DNA from: Candidatus Collierbacteria bacterium RIFOXYD2_FULL_45_13
Lineage (GTDB): Bacteria > Patescibacteriota > Microgenomatia > UBA1400 > MFAQ01
NCBI GenBank assembly: GCA_001774685.1
Contig: MFAS01000001.1
Location: 223,557-287,556, forward strand
Length of the DNA: 64,000 nt
Reading direction: 5' to 3'
The notes beneath the pieces were generated by a model that saw only the letters and a program-made list of their open reading frames with translations, did no database searches and was not told where the DNA came from. The position numbers were made by a program, and so were the translations under genes. Shown here one piece after another: positions 35,083 through 45,246 of the stretch (its first letter is position 1; each line of letters begins with the position of its first letter).

Positions 35083-36732
35083 GTGGTTAACAGAATAATT
35101 TCCAAGTCTAAAGAGTTTTTGAACCAGAGAAGTAACAGCATACTCTCTGCAGCCGCCATCATCGGCATTTCCTACCTGGGTTCCGCTCTTCTGGGATTGA
35201 TCCGGAACCATCTCCTCGCCGCCCGCTTCTTTGGGGGTATGGAGGCTGACCTCGATGTTTATTTTGCCGCTTTTGTCATCCCTGATACCGTTTTTCAGCT
35301 ACTGGTGGTTGGAGCGGTTTCGGCAGCTTTTATTCCTGTTTATCAAGAATATTGCGACAAATCCAAAGAAGAAGCTAACCGGCTAGCCAACACAGCCCTG
35401 ACTTCTATCGGTTTTTTACTCTTAATTATCTCAATCACCATCGTCATCTTTGCCCGCCCTCTTGCGGGTCTTCTGGCGCACTTCCCACCTGAGAAGCTGG
35501 ATCTCATGGCAAACTTGATTCGCCTAATGTCTGCGGCTCAAATACTTTTTGCCATCTCAGCCTTCCTTACCGGCGTTCTGCAGTCCCAACGGCGTTTTCT
35601 AATTCCCGCAATCGCCCCACTTCTTTATAATGTCGGCACCATCACAGGCATCATACTTCTTTCCTCACGATATGGTATTTACTCGGCTGCCATAGGAGTA
35701 GTTTTGGGAGCTTTCCTCCACATGGCTATCCAGCTTCCTACTGCCGGAGCACTTGGATACTGGCCCAAAATTACATGGAAACCTCGTCACCCTGGCGTCC
35801 TCTCAATGATAAGGTTGATGCCTCCAAGAGCCATGGCGCTTGGGTTGGACCAAGTCGAGCGTTGGGTCGCGGTCAACCTTACCTCTCTTCTTGCCGTCGG
35901 TTCACTTTCAATCTTTAATTTTGCTCGCCAGCTCTATGTTCTCCCCATTTCCCTCTTTGGAGTTTCCCTCAGCCAAGCCTCTTTTCCCACCCTTGCCCAA
36001 GAAGCCCTCTTGGAAGATAAATCCAAGTTCAAAGCTACTCTTAGCAAGTCCATCCTGCAAATCCTTTTCTTTGCCCTCCCCGCCAGTGTCCTGGTTCTTG
36101 TTCTCAGAATTCCTTTGGTTCGTCTGGCTTTTGGTGCCAAAAACTTTCCTTGGGAAGCGACTCTACTTACCGGCAAGGCCCTAGCTTTCCTTAGTCTGGC
36201 TATCGCGCCCCAAGCAGTCACCAATACTTTGACAAGGGCTCTCCACGCTCTCAAAGATACCAAAACCCCATTAATTATCGGCTTCATAACCATGATCGTT
36301 TTTGTTGGGGTGGCTTATCTACTGGGTTTTGTTACTGAGAGAGATGTCGCAGTGATAACTCTAGCCATGTCTATAGGCAACTTGCTTGATTTTCTCCTTT
36401 CTTATGTGGCCATTCGTAGAAAGGTTGGACCTTTGGGAATCTCCGTTAGAATGGTCAAAATGTTTTTGGTCAGTTTCTTCACCGGCATCTCTCTCTGGGC
36501 ACCTATGCGCCTTTTGGATCAGTTAGTCTTTGATACCACCCGAACAGGACCCTTAATCACTCTCACCTTGGTCGTCAGCGCCGTCGGCTTCTCGGTCTAT
36601 CTGTTCTTCTGTTGGCTATTTGACATCGAAGAGTTGCAGGACGTTTTGGATATTGTGAAAAAGATTGGTAATTGGCGTAAAATACTGGCCAGTAGTGACG
36701 AGGTGCTCGAAACCACTCCAAATAGTATTTAA
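35083..36732 (+). CDS. murJ: lipid II flippase MurJ
   Basis: D.YFAAF.IPD, GAVSAAFIP, FPTL, KDTKTP; about 14 TM. Confidence 0.92.
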   Translation: MVNRIISKSKEFLNQRSNSILSAAAIIGISYLGSALLGLIRNHLLAARFFGGMEADLDVYFAAFVIPDTVFQLLVVGAVSAAFIPVYQEYCDKSKEEANRLANTALTSIGFLLLIISITIVIFARPLAGLLAHFPPEKLDLMANLIRLMSAAQILFAISAFLTGVLQSQRRFLIPAIAPLLYNVGTITGIILLSSRYGIYSAAIGVVLGAFLHMAIQLPTAGALGYWPKITWKPRHPGVLSMIRLMPPRAMALGLDQVERWVAVNLTSLLAVGSLSIFNFARQLYVLPISLFGVSLSQASFPTLAQEALLEDKSKFKATLSKSILQILFFALPASVLVLVLRIPLVRLAFGAKNFPWEATLLTGKALAFLSLAIAPQAVTNTLTRALHALKDTKTPLIIGFITMIVFVGVAYLLGFVTERDVAVITLAMSIGNLLDFLLSYVAIRRKVGPLGISVRMVKMFLVSFFTGISLWAPMRLLDQLVFDTTRTGPLITLTLVVSAVGFSVYLFFCWLFDIEELQDVLDIVKKIGNWRKILASSDEVLETTPNSI

Positions 36733-36735
36733 GCC

Positions 36736-38505
36736 ATGTCCAGCCTAATTAGAAATTTTTCCATCATCGCTCATATTGATGCGGGCAAGTCTACCCTTGC
36801 CGACCGTATGCTGGAAGTTACCGGTACGGTCCAAGCAGACAAAATGACGCCACAGCTATTGGATAGTAACCCCATCGAAAGAGAGCGGGGAATCACTATC
36901 AAACTGGCTCCAGTTGCCATGAACTATCAAGGCTACACTCTTAACCTCATTGATACCCCGGGACACGTGGATTTCAATTATGAGGTTGAGCGAGCCCTGC
37001 AAGCCTGTGAGGGTGCCATACTATTAGTAGATGCCACCAAAGGAGTCCAGGCTCAAACCGTCGCAAATCTCAGATTGGCCAAGAACCTAGGGCTCACCAT
37101 CATTCCGGTTGTCAACAAAATAGATGCTCCCTTGGCTGAAGTCAATGCAGCCTCCCGCCAAATCAAACAACTATTGGGAATTGGCTCTGAACCATTGCTG
37201 GTTTCTGCCAAAACCGGTGAAGGGGTTGAAATCCTTCTTCAAAAAATAATTTCCGATCTTCCTTCCCCAAGAACAGAAGAAAAGCCACTCCACGCCCTCG
37301 TCTTCAACTCCACCTTTGATACCCATCTTGGCGTTATCGCTTTCGTCAAAATTATTTCTGGCAATCTAAAATCTGGCGACAAGATGTCTTTTCTCAGTTC
37401 CGGCAAGTCTTTAGTAGCTTCTGAAATAGGAATTTTCTCCCCAGGTAGGACCAAGAAAGAGGTTCTCACGGCTGGCAACGTCGGTTATATCATCACCGGT
37501 CTAAAAGATATTCGGAACGTTCTCGTCGGTGATACTTTGTGTCTGTCGAGCCAGATAAAACAAGTTTCTCCGATACCGGGGTTTAGAAAAATTCACCCCA
37601 ATGTTTTCCTGGATTTTTATCCCGCCGATGGTTCACAATATCGCGATCTCGTCGACGCTTTGGAAAAATTAAAGTTAAACGATTCTTCACTTACTACTCA
37701 AGGCATCAACTCTCCCATTCTTGGTCAAGGTGTAAAAGTTGGTTTCTTGGGTATGCTTCACTCTGAAGTGGTTGGTGAACGTTTGGAAAGAGAGTTCGGT
37801 CTTCCTGTTATTTCGGTTTCTCCCTCAGTGGAATATAAAGTTAAACTACGCTCTGGAGAAGAAAAGATCTTTAGCTCTCCCTCGGATTTCCCTGATCCCG
37901 CCATCATCTCTCAAGGCTTCGAACCCATGGCCGCCGTTAATATCGTCGTAACGTCTCCATATGTCGGGGCCGTCATGGAACTTTGCCAAGAGCTTCGAGG
38001 CAATCTCGTCAATGTGTCCTATCTAGATGAGCTGGTCGAGATCGATTATTTCTTACCGCTCATCGAGGTTATTACCGCCCTTCATGATAGTCTGAAGAGT
38101 GTTTCTCAGGGGTTTGGCTCGATGAACTACGAGCTGGCTGGCTGGCAGGAAGCCGAACTGGTCAAGCTGGATGTACTCCTCAATCACGAGCTCTTTGCAC
38201 CGATGAGTGTTATTACTGTCAAAGAAAAGGCTTATTACAAGGGCAAAAAAATATCGGAAAAACTCAAAGAAGCCATTCCAAGACAGCAGTTCGAAATTCC
38301 CATTCAGGTAGCCATAGGTGGCCAAATTGTGGCTCGGGAAACCATCAAGGCATATCGCAAGGATGTCGACGCCAAGCTTCATGGAGGGGACTTTACCCGT
38401 AATTTAAAACTTTTGAATAAACAGAAAAAAGGTAAGGCCCGTATGAAACAGTTTGGTCGTGTTTCCGTCCCCCAAGAAGCCTTCCTGGCCATCGCCAAGT
38501 CCTAG
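36736..38505 (+). CDS. lepA: elongation factor 4
   Basis: IRNFSIIAHID.GKSTLADR, ERERGITIK, GFLGMLH, KQKKGK.RMKQFG. Confidence 0.97.
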   Translation: MSSLIRNFSIIAHIDAGKSTLADRMLEVTGTVQADKMTPQLLDSNPIERERGITIKLAPVAMNYQGYTLNLIDTPGHVDFNYEVERALQACEGAILLVDATKGVQAQTVANLRLAKNLGLTIIPVVNKIDAPLAEVNAASRQIKQLLGIGSEPLLVSAKTGEGVEILLQKIISDLPSPRTEEKPLHALVFNSTFDTHLGVIAFVKIISGNLKSGDKMSFLSSGKSLVASEIGIFSPGRTKKEVLTAGNVGYIITGLKDIRNVLVGDTLCLSSQIKQVSPIPGFRKIHPNVFLDFYPADGSQYRDLVDALEKLKLNDSSLTTQGINSPILGQGVKVGFLGMLHSEVVGERLEREFGLPVISVSPSVEYKVKLRSGEEKIFSSPSDFPDPAIISQGFEPMAAVNIVVTSPYVGAVMELCQELRGNLVNVSYLDELVEIDYFLPLIEVITALHDSLKSVSQGFGSMNYELAGWQEAELVKLDVLLNHELFAPMSVITVKEKAYYKGKKISEKLKEAIPRQQFEIPIQVAIGGQIVARETIKAYRKDVDAKLHGGDFTRNLKLLNKQKKGKARMKQFGRVSVPQEAFLAIAKS

Positions 38506-38553
38506 TGCTAAGATACCTAGTCATAAATCCGTACTTTTAAATAAGGAGCGAGA

Positions 38554-38805
38554 ATGCCTGATGAGATGACTACCCCTACACAAAAACTGGCAACACGATT
38601 ACACAAACATTTGTGTGAAGTCCAGGGCACCGTAATGTGCGGCTGGTATCGGATCGACAAACCATGGTCCCAGGGTTCAAATTTTTCCCATAACGAAATT
38701 TACCTCCAAAAAGCAAATCAATTCTTGTCGGTTTGTGGCGGGGACTTTGACCTTGTGGATAGAATCATCGAAGTTTTGTGGCCGACTCTTAAGTTTATGG
38801 CCTGA
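38554..38805 (+). CDS. small orphan protein
   Basis: AAGGAG SD and own terminator. Confidence 0.65.
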   Translation: MPDEMTTPTQKLATRLHKHLCEVQGTVMCGWYRIDKPWSQGSNFSHNEIYLQKANQFLSVCGGDFDLVDRIIEVLWPTLKFMA

Positions 38806-38811
38806 TTTTAC

Positions 38812-38838
38812 AACACCCCTTCACCGGGGTGTTTTTTT
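38812..38838 (+). terminator. intrinsic terminator
   Basis: AACACCCC/GGGGTGTT plus T-tract. Confidence 0.8.
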
Positions 38839-38863
38839 GTGAACTCACAATCTACCATTCGGG

Positions 38864-40063
38864 TCATGTAGCAAGGGCGGCCAAATGTGTCAGAAAACTC
38901 TTTGAGATTAGGTCGGCATTATTTTGATACTTCTCCAACCACTTGTAAGTATCCGTCACAAAGTAAGATATTTCCTCCTTGGTAATGTTCCTAAATCTCG
39001 GGTCAGCATAATAAATTCTGCCCAGTGTCATCCGTCGGCACTTCAGGCAACTCCCACACCAGTGATACGAACTTAGCTCGGCAATTTTTGGTGTCTCTCT
39101 TTCCCATTTTCTTCGGTTATTTCCCACTTGAAAGGCCGCCGAAAAACAATTCTGTACCATTGGTAAAATTGAGAATCCCAATTTCTTTTCTAGTTCAATC
39201 ACCTCACCGATTGTTTCGATATCTCCGGCATCTACCCCCACCACCTCCAAATCTAACCCAGTCTCCTTCAGGACTTTATTAAACCATTTCCAGATATTCA
39301 GGTTTTCACTAAAGTGGTAGTCTTTCGAACTTCCCATATCTCCCTCCAACAACACTCTCTTTACTTTATTTGGTGCCGCTTGCACCGCCACGGTCAGGGC
39401 GAGCAGTAAGTCTCTCGTCCTCATCGTTTCAAATCCCGAGCTCCCCGAACCATTTCTGAGTCTCACCGAAACATATGGCACCCCCCACGCTTTACACTGC
39501 TCCTCACTCGCCATCGATTCCCTGAAGTTTCCCTTGGCATTGAGATTTTTCAGGTGAACCGCCAGTGGGGTTTCTCCTTGTTCCAGTAGTTTTACAATTC
39601 GGTAGACCGAGTCCAAACCTCCGGAATGAGTGGTCGCCTGGTCATATTCCTCTCTTTCAGTATTAGTTTTCCTAATCACTGGTCGAATCTGTGCTTGTAA
39701 CTTTTCTATCCTCGGCTTCTTATGACCGTAATATTCGTAGAGCTCATATAGAAGCTCCGGAAAGTGAATCGGAAAGTTAGTTTGAATTTTCTCAGGCATC
39801 ATCGGACCGGCCATGTGAGCGGCCATCATCGATCTCATGAGGTCTTGAGTTTCTTTACTGGTGCCCTCTCCAAACATCAGCGGTTCTTCGATCGCCATGC
39901 GATGAACCCCTCGCAAATCTGTCATAGTTAAATCAAAAGGATTCCTCTCCGATAACGAAATAGTGGCGGAATGCTGTTCTCTCCTGGCCATGCCGGCAAT
40001 ATACTCCATTCGTTCGTCAATTTCCAGTTTCGGATGGTACAATACCCCATAATCACGATACAA
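38864..40063 (-). CDS. PP-loop adenine-nucleotide hydrolase, QueC/QatC-like
   Basis: SGGLDS PP-loop and NC...WCGSCLKCRR Cys cluster; start may be 40009. Confidence 0.65.
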   Translation of the reverse strand: MYRDYGVLYHPKLEIDERMEYIAGMARREQHSATISLSERNPFDLTMTDLRGVHRMAIEEPLMFGEGTSKETQDLMRSMMAAHMAGPMMPEKIQTNFPIHFPELLYELYEYYGHKKPRIEKLQAQIRPVIRKTNTEREEYDQATTHSGGLDSVYRIVKLLEQGETPLAVHLKNLNAKGNFRESMASEEQCKAWGVPYVSVRLRNGSGSSGFETMRTRDLLLALTVAVQAAPNKVKRVLLEGDMGSSKDYHFSENLNIWKWFNKVLKETGLDLEVVGVDAGDIETIGEVIELEKKLGFSILPMVQNCFSAAFQVGNNRRKWERETPKIAELSSYHWCGSCLKCRRMTLGRIYYADPRFRNITKEEISYFVTDTYKWLEKYQNNADLISKSFLTHLAALAT

Positions 40064-40083
40064 GAACTTTTACAAGGAGCTGT

Positions 40084-40611
40084 ATGTACACACCTCGCAA
40101 TCCATTCACACCTGGTCACCTTGAAAGTTTCACTCCTTCTCAATACCTAGCTCGGTACCTCTATTTTTACCAATGGGACAATCAGAACTCTGTCGGCCAT
40201 CCTGACACCTGTTGGCGCAATTATCACCAAACTCTCATGCGCTCAGGTCTCTGCTGCTTCGGTCAGCTGAAACGCCGCCTAGACGAATCTCTTATGATGC
40301 TGTCCGGAATCCAAACTGGTTTCTGGGAAGAGCCAAAAGGTATCCATAATTGGCTCCCTTTTGCCTGGAAAAGGTTGGAAGAGCTGGATGAGGGTTACGA
40401 CCATTCCGCCTTGTGGACCAAGACGGCCATCGAACGAGATGTTGAATTCTTTCAATGGCATCGAGAACTGCGTCCGGACAACCTGCCTTTGTTCTCCTTT
40501 CAATCTTTCAAGACGGCCTGCAGAAAATATGGCTACCAACCGGACCTCGAACTAGTTGCCTCCTGTTTTGTGCTTAACCTGAACACTCTCCGCCAAGATT
40601 GGGAAGAGTAA
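40084..40611 (+). CDS. orphan protein
   Basis: TGGTACAAT -10, AAGGAG SD, own terminator. Confidence 0.7.
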   Translation: MYTPRNPFTPGHLESFTPSQYLARYLYFYQWDNQNSVGHPDTCWRNYHQTLMRSGLCCFGQLKRRLDESLMMLSGIQTGFWEEPKGIHNWLPFAWKRLEELDEGYDHSALWTKTAIERDVEFFQWHRELRPDNLPLFSFQSFKTACRKYGYQPDLELVASCFVLNLNTLRQDWEE

Positions 40612-40620
40612 CGTATCCAT

Positions 40621-40647
40621 ACACCTCCTTCCCGGGGGTGTTTTTTT
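40621..40647 (+). terminator. intrinsic terminator
   Basis: ACACCTCC/GGGGGTGT plus T-tract. Confidence 0.8.
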
Positions 40648-40650
40648 ATT

Positions 40651-42042
40651 CTAAAACTCTACGGTAAATACAGCTGCGGAATTGGGAGTAAAGAACTCGG
40701 ACGTTTTCCAGGTGGCCGAAGTCGTCGCCACATTTAATGTCCGACTACTACCCATAAACTCTGTTCTAGTTATCTTAAAGTTTCCTTTAGGTAGATTTTC
40801 AAATGTCATCGGGACGGATTCGGAGTGAGCCCCTTTCGGATCATAGTTGACCACCATAATTTTCAAGTTTCCCTGGTCATCTATTGATGCAATGCTTTTT
40901 ACCCAAGATCCCTCACCCGACACACTGGTTCTATAAGGTCCTAAATTGTTCAAAAATTGCAATGCATAGTATCTCGGCTTTTTCTCCGGAGCTCCAAACT
41001 TTTCATGGGTCAGAATACCCCACCTGCCCCAATATTTTTCCGCCCCTGGCCCATCCTTAATCTCAAAAAGGAACGCTCGGTCGATCGCACCCATCATTGC
41101 GCGTGCCCCGGCGAGTGTATGAATGGCCCCAAACCGCCCATCATAACCGGGGTCAATCTCGCTATCGTGTCCCCACTCCGTCACATAAAACTTTAGATTT
41201 ACCAGAGCCGGAATATTCTCCGCCCATTTTCTGGCTTGCCTGGCGTCTCTCTCGTATTGTTCCAGGTCATATGAATATCGGTGCCAACTAAGGAAGTCCA
41301 TTCTCAAATTATTGGCATCTACAAACTTGATCATTCTCTCCTCCCAGTTTTGATAAAGTCCGGTCGTTGCCGGTCCACCAATCTCAAAGGGGTTCGCCCC
41401 TCGCACTCTTCCCGCCGCCCGCGCCGAAGCGGTATACATGTCAAAATAATTTTTATCGCCATAAGTTTTGTATCCTCCGAACAAGTCGGGCTCGTTCCAG
41501 ACTTCATAAATAATCCCGGAGATATTCTTTTGATTTCTTCCACTGTAATGCTCTATCGTTGCTTGGACCACCTGACCCCACTCGTTCCAATCTTTGGCTG
41601 GAGACACCATGTCACCGGTGGAGATAGCATCCGGCATATACGATAAAGACAAAAATGGTTTTGCCCCTGTCGAAAGAATTACGTCAACGGCCCCGTCGAG
41701 TCCGGACCAGTCGTACGTCAACTGCCCATTGGCCCTGCCCACTACTTTAAACGCATCATATATGTGGTCCAAGCGGATATACTCCGGCTGTAATGCTTTT
41801 ACCGCCGTTGCCACCGGTGCCAGCATTTCCTTAGGCTCCTCCCCCCCCTGACCCAGGTTTCTCCACGGTTCAGGTATTTTCCCCAACACTCCTTCGTAGT
41901 TATAAACCAAGTTTGCAGGCACTCCTGCCGCCTTACCTACATACTGTAATGCCGTGGGCAAAGCAACCACCACCAGGATGATTACGAACAATCCCACGAT
42001 TAGTGGTATAAGCCCACGAAAAAGCCTCTTCCGATCTGACAT
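40651..42042 (-). CDS. membrane-anchored GH39-like (clan A) glycoside hydrolase
   Basis: N-terminal TM, YEVWNEPD (acid/base), GGPA, DFLSWH.Y, VTEW (nucleophile). Confidence 0.82.
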   Translation of the reverse strand: MSDRKRLFRGLIPLIVGLFVIILVVVALPTALQYVGKAAGVPANLVYNYEGVLGKIPEPWRNLGQGGEEPKEMLAPVATAVKALQPEYIRLDHIYDAFKVVGRANGQLTYDWSGLDGAVDVILSTGAKPFLSLSYMPDAISTGDMVSPAKDWNEWGQVVQATIEHYSGRNQKNISGIIYEVWNEPDLFGGYKTYGDKNYFDMYTASARAAGRVRGANPFEIGGPATTGLYQNWEERMIKFVDANNLRMDFLSWHRYSYDLEQYERDARQARKWAENIPALVNLKFYVTEWGHDSEIDPGYDGRFGAIHTLAGARAMMGAIDRAFLFEIKDGPGAEKYWGRWGILTHEKFGAPEKKPRYYALQFLNNLGPYRTSVSGEGSWVKSIASIDDQGNLKIMVVNYDPKGAHSESVPMTFENLPKGNFKITRTEFMGSSRTLNVATTSATWKTSEFFTPNSAAVFTVEF

Positions 42043-42062
42043 TACTTTAACTTTACCATATC

Positions 42063-42100
42063 TTGACCAGCAGTTATCACTCATGCTATCATTCTGCTAA
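42063..42100 (+). promoter_or_regulatory. hrcA promoter overlapped by a degenerate CIRCE element
   Basis: TTGACC...TGCTATCAT; TTATCACTC-N9-TTCTGCTAA (42074-42100) versus consensus TTAGCACTC-N9-GAGTGCTAA. Confidence 0.65.
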
Positions 42101-42828
42101 TGGATCTTACGCAGCGCCAAATTCATATCATCAAAACTATCGTTGAGGAGTTTACTCTCACCGCCGAGCCGGTGGGATCCGTTACCCTGGAGAATAAGTA
42201 TCGTTTGGGAGTTTCTCCGGCTACCCTCAGAAATGAAATGGCCGAGCTGGAGAACAAAGGACTTCTCTCCCAGCCCCACGCCTCTTCCGGACGTGTACCA
42301 ACCCCCATGGCCATCAAGTTCTATGTTAATGAATTGATGAAAGAAAAAGACCTTTCTGTAGCCGAAGAGGTAAACGTCAAGTCTCGTGTTTGGGATCACC
42401 GTTATAACCGAGATGACCTTATGAGAGAAGCCACCAAGGTCCTGGCCGAAAGGACCAAAGCTCTCTGTGTAGCCGCCACCGACGAAGGGCTAACCTATCA
42501 CTCAGGTTATGCCAATCTCTTTAACTCAATTGAGTTTGAAAACCATCTCGATATTACTCGCGAAATATTTTATTTACTCGATCAACAGCAAAGGCTAATG
42601 GATATTTTTGGTCGGGCATCCGGCAACTCTCCTATCCATATTTTGGTCGGTGATGAAATAGGAGTTTCTCTTCTTCAGCCGGTTAGCTGGGTTTTTGCCG
42701 ATATTCATATAGGTGGCAGGCGTGGCAGTCTGGGTATCATAGGTTCAAGCCGTCAGGAGTACGACCGCAACATTCCCTTTGTGCGCTACGTCGCCAATCT
42801 GGTTAATCAAATTGCTCAAGAATGGTAA
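42100..42828 (+). CDS. hrcA: heat-inducible transcription repressor HrcA (short form)
   Basis: EPVGS, SPATLRNEM..LE, PHASSGRVPT; precedes grpE-dnaK. Confidence 0.92.
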   Translation: MDLTQRQIHIIKTIVEEFTLTAEPVGSVTLENKYRLGVSPATLRNEMAELENKGLLSQPHASSGRVPTPMAIKFYVNELMKEKDLSVAEEVNVKSRVWDHRYNRDDLMREATKVLAERTKALCVAATDEGLTYHSGYANLFNSIEFENHLDITREIFYLLDQQQRLMDIFGRASGNSPIHILVGDEIGVSLLQPVSWVFADIHIGGRRGSLGIIGSSRQEYDRNIPFVRYVANLVNQIAQEW

Positions 42829-43271
42829 AAAAAACTACATCGAAAAACATTACAGAACTGGCTCGCCTAAGCTCTCGTGTCGAAGAACTGGAAAGTAATT
42901 ACAAAAGAGTTTTGGCTGACTATCAAAATCAGGAACGTCGCCACAAGGAACAACAGGTGAACACCATCAAAATGGCTTCGGCGGCTCTCATCGAAAAACT
43001 TCTTTTGAATCTTGATTCGTTGGAAATGGCTCAAACTCATCTTAAGGATCGCGGACTACAAATTGTCATCGACCAGCTCAGGGCCACTCTAGGTCAGGAA
43101 GGTCTTTCGGTCATCAATTCCGACGACCAAGACTTTGATCCGCTGTTAATGGATTGTACCGAAGTCGTTCCTGGTAAAAAAGACATAGTCATCGAAACCG
43201 TTTCTCGTGGATACTTTCTGTTTGACAAAGTCCTTCGCCCTGCCAAAGTGAAGGTCGGTTCCGGCGCCTAA
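42822..43271 (+). CDS. grpE: nucleotide exchange factor GrpE
   Basis: LADYQN..RR, FDP, GY....VLRPAKVKV. Confidence 0.92.
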   Translation: MVKKTTSKNITELARLSSRVEELESNYKRVLADYQNQERRHKEQQVNTIKMASAALIEKLLLNLDSLEMAQTHLKDRGLQIVIDQLRATLGQEGLSVINSDDQDFDPLLMDCTEVVPGKKDIVIETVSRGYFLFDKVLRPAKVKVGSGA

Positions 43272-43317
43272 TCACAAATGTACAATGTAAATTATAAAAT
43301 ATTAAATATCTAAAAAT

Positions 43318-45237
43318 ATGTCCAAAATAATCGGTATCGATCTCGGAACCACCAACTCGGCCATCGCCGTCATGGAAGGTGGCACCGCCAAAATCATTCC
43401 TTCCGCCGAGGGGCGTAACACCTTTCCCTCAATAGTCGAACCCATCAAAGGTCTGGTGGGTGATGTTGCCAAACGTCAGATGGTTTTAAACTCCACCAGC
43501 ACAATTTTCTCCGTTAAAAGACTTATGGGTCAAAAGTTCACCGGTAAACAGGCTCAAAAAACCAAAGAGATAGCACCTTTCGAAATCGCCGAGGGTAAAG
43601 ACGGCATGGCGGTCATCAATCTCGGAGGTAAAACTTTTACCCCTCAGGAAATTTCTGCCAAGATTCTCCAAAAAGCCAAGGCCGACGCTGAGGCATATCT
43701 CGGTCAGACCGTGACCGATGCAGTTATCACCGTTCCTGCTTACTTTGACGACTCACAGCGCCAAGCCACCAAGCAAGCGGGTGAAATCGCTGGGTTAAAT
43801 GTTCAAAGAATCGTCAACGAACCCACTGCCGCTGCTCTCGCCTATGGTCTGGATAAAGGCAAAAACGAAACCGTCGTGGTTTATGACCTGGGTGGAGGTA
43901 CCTTTGACGTTTCCATTTTGGAGCTAGGAGATGGGGTTTTTGAAGTTAAGTCTACCAATGGTGATACTTTCCTTGGTGGTGACGATTTTGATCGAAGACT
44001 AATAGACCACATTGTTTCAGAGTTCAAAAAAGAGTCCGGTGTTGATCTCTCCCTGGACAAACAAGCTCTTCAGCGCATTAAAGACGCGGCCGAAAAAGCC
44101 AAGATTGAATTATCCAGCGCTACCGAAACCGAAATCAACCAGCCCTTCATCACCCAAAGAGACGGCCAGCCTCTGCATCTAACCATGAAGATCTCCCGAG
44201 CCAAACTGGAAGAGTTAGTGGATGATCTGATTCAAAAAACCATTGAACCTTGCAAGAAAGCCTTGGCTGATGCCAAAATCGAAAAGTCTCACATTGCCGA
44301 GGTTATTCTCGTTGGAGGCATGACCCGCATGCCCAAGGTCCAGCAGGTGGTTAAAGATTTCTTTGGCAAAGAACCAAACAAATCAGTCAATCCTGACGAA
44401 GCCGTAGCTCTGGGAGCGGCCATCCAGGGCGGAGTCATCTCCGGAGATGTCAAAGACATTCTTCTTCTCGATGTCACACCCTTGACTCTTGGTATCGAGA
44501 CCATGGGTGGTGTTATGACACCTCTTATCGAAAGGAACACTACCGTACCCAGTAGCAAGTCTCAAACTTTCTCTACCGCCTCGGACAATCAGCCCCAAGT
44601 GGAAGTCCACATTCTTCAAGGAGAACGTCCAATGGCCGGAGACAACAAGACTCTTGGCAGTTTTGTCTTGGATGGTATCCCAGCGGCACCTCGCGGTATT
44701 CCTCAAATTGAAGTTACTTTCGACATCGATGCCAATGGTATTCTGAATGTCTCGGCCAAAGACAAGGCTACCGGCAAAGAGCAAAAGATCACCATCAAAA
44801 ACGCCACCAATCTTTCCGATGCTGAAGTCGAGAAGATGAAACAAGAGGCAGAGAAATACGCCGAAGAAGATAAGAAGAAAAAAGAGCTAGTAGACAAGCG
44901 GAATGAGGCTGACACTTTGATTATTCAAACCAGAAAAGTTCTCAAGGATGCCGGCGATAAATTTGGCGCTGATGCGGCCAAAGAAATGACCGAATCTCTT
45001 GACGAACTTGAAAAAGAACTCAAAAACGAATCAGCTACCTTTGAATCTCTGGATACCAAGCTGAAAACTTCTACCGAGCTAGTCCAAAAACACGCCGAGG
45101 CTCTTTATAAAGCTGCCGCCGAAAAAGACCAGCCCGCAGGGGAGGACAAACCAGCAGAAGGACCCAAAGCCGATAGCGACGCTTCTGAAACAAAATCAGA
45201 CACCAAACCAGCTGAGGAAGGCGAAGTTGTCGAATAA
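43318..45237 (+). CDS. dnaK: chaperone DnaK
   Basis: [28 protein letters not shown]. Confidence 0.99.
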   Translation: MSKIIGIDLGTTNSAIAVMEGGTAKIIPSAEGRNTFPSIVEPIKGLVGDVAKRQMVLNSTSTIFSVKRLMGQKFTGKQAQKTKEIAPFEIAEGKDGMAVINLGGKTFTPQEISAKILQKAKADAEAYLGQTVTDAVITVPAYFDDSQRQATKQAGEIAGLNVQRIVNEPTAAALAYGLDKGKNETVVVYDLGGGTFDVSILELGDGVFEVKSTNGDTFLGGDDFDRRLIDHIVSEFKKESGVDLSLDKQALQRIKDAAEKAKIELSSATETEINQPFITQRDGQPLHLTMKISRAKLEELVDDLIQKTIEPCKKALADAKIEKSHIAEVILVGGMTRMPKVQQVVKDFFGKEPNKSVNPDEAVALGAAIQGGVISGDVKDILLLDVTPLTLGIETMGGVMTPLIERNTTVPSSKSQTFSTASDNQPQVEVHILQGERPMAGDNKTLGSFVLDGIPAAPRGIPQIEVTFDIDANGILNVSAKDKATGKEQKITIKNATNLSDAEVEKMKQEAEKYAEEDKKKKELVDKRNEADTLIIQTRKVLKDAGDKFGADAAKEMTESLDELEKELKNESATFESLDTKLKTSTELVQKHAEALYKAAAEKDQPAGEDKPAEGPKADSDASETKSDTKPAEEGEVVE

Positions 45238-45246
45238 AAAAACCGA

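Noticed and set aside
2983-40063. QatABCD defence system (TatD plus QueC-like)
   Set aside because: The genes are 35 kb apart, tatD is in its usual metG context, and no QatA ATPase is nearby.
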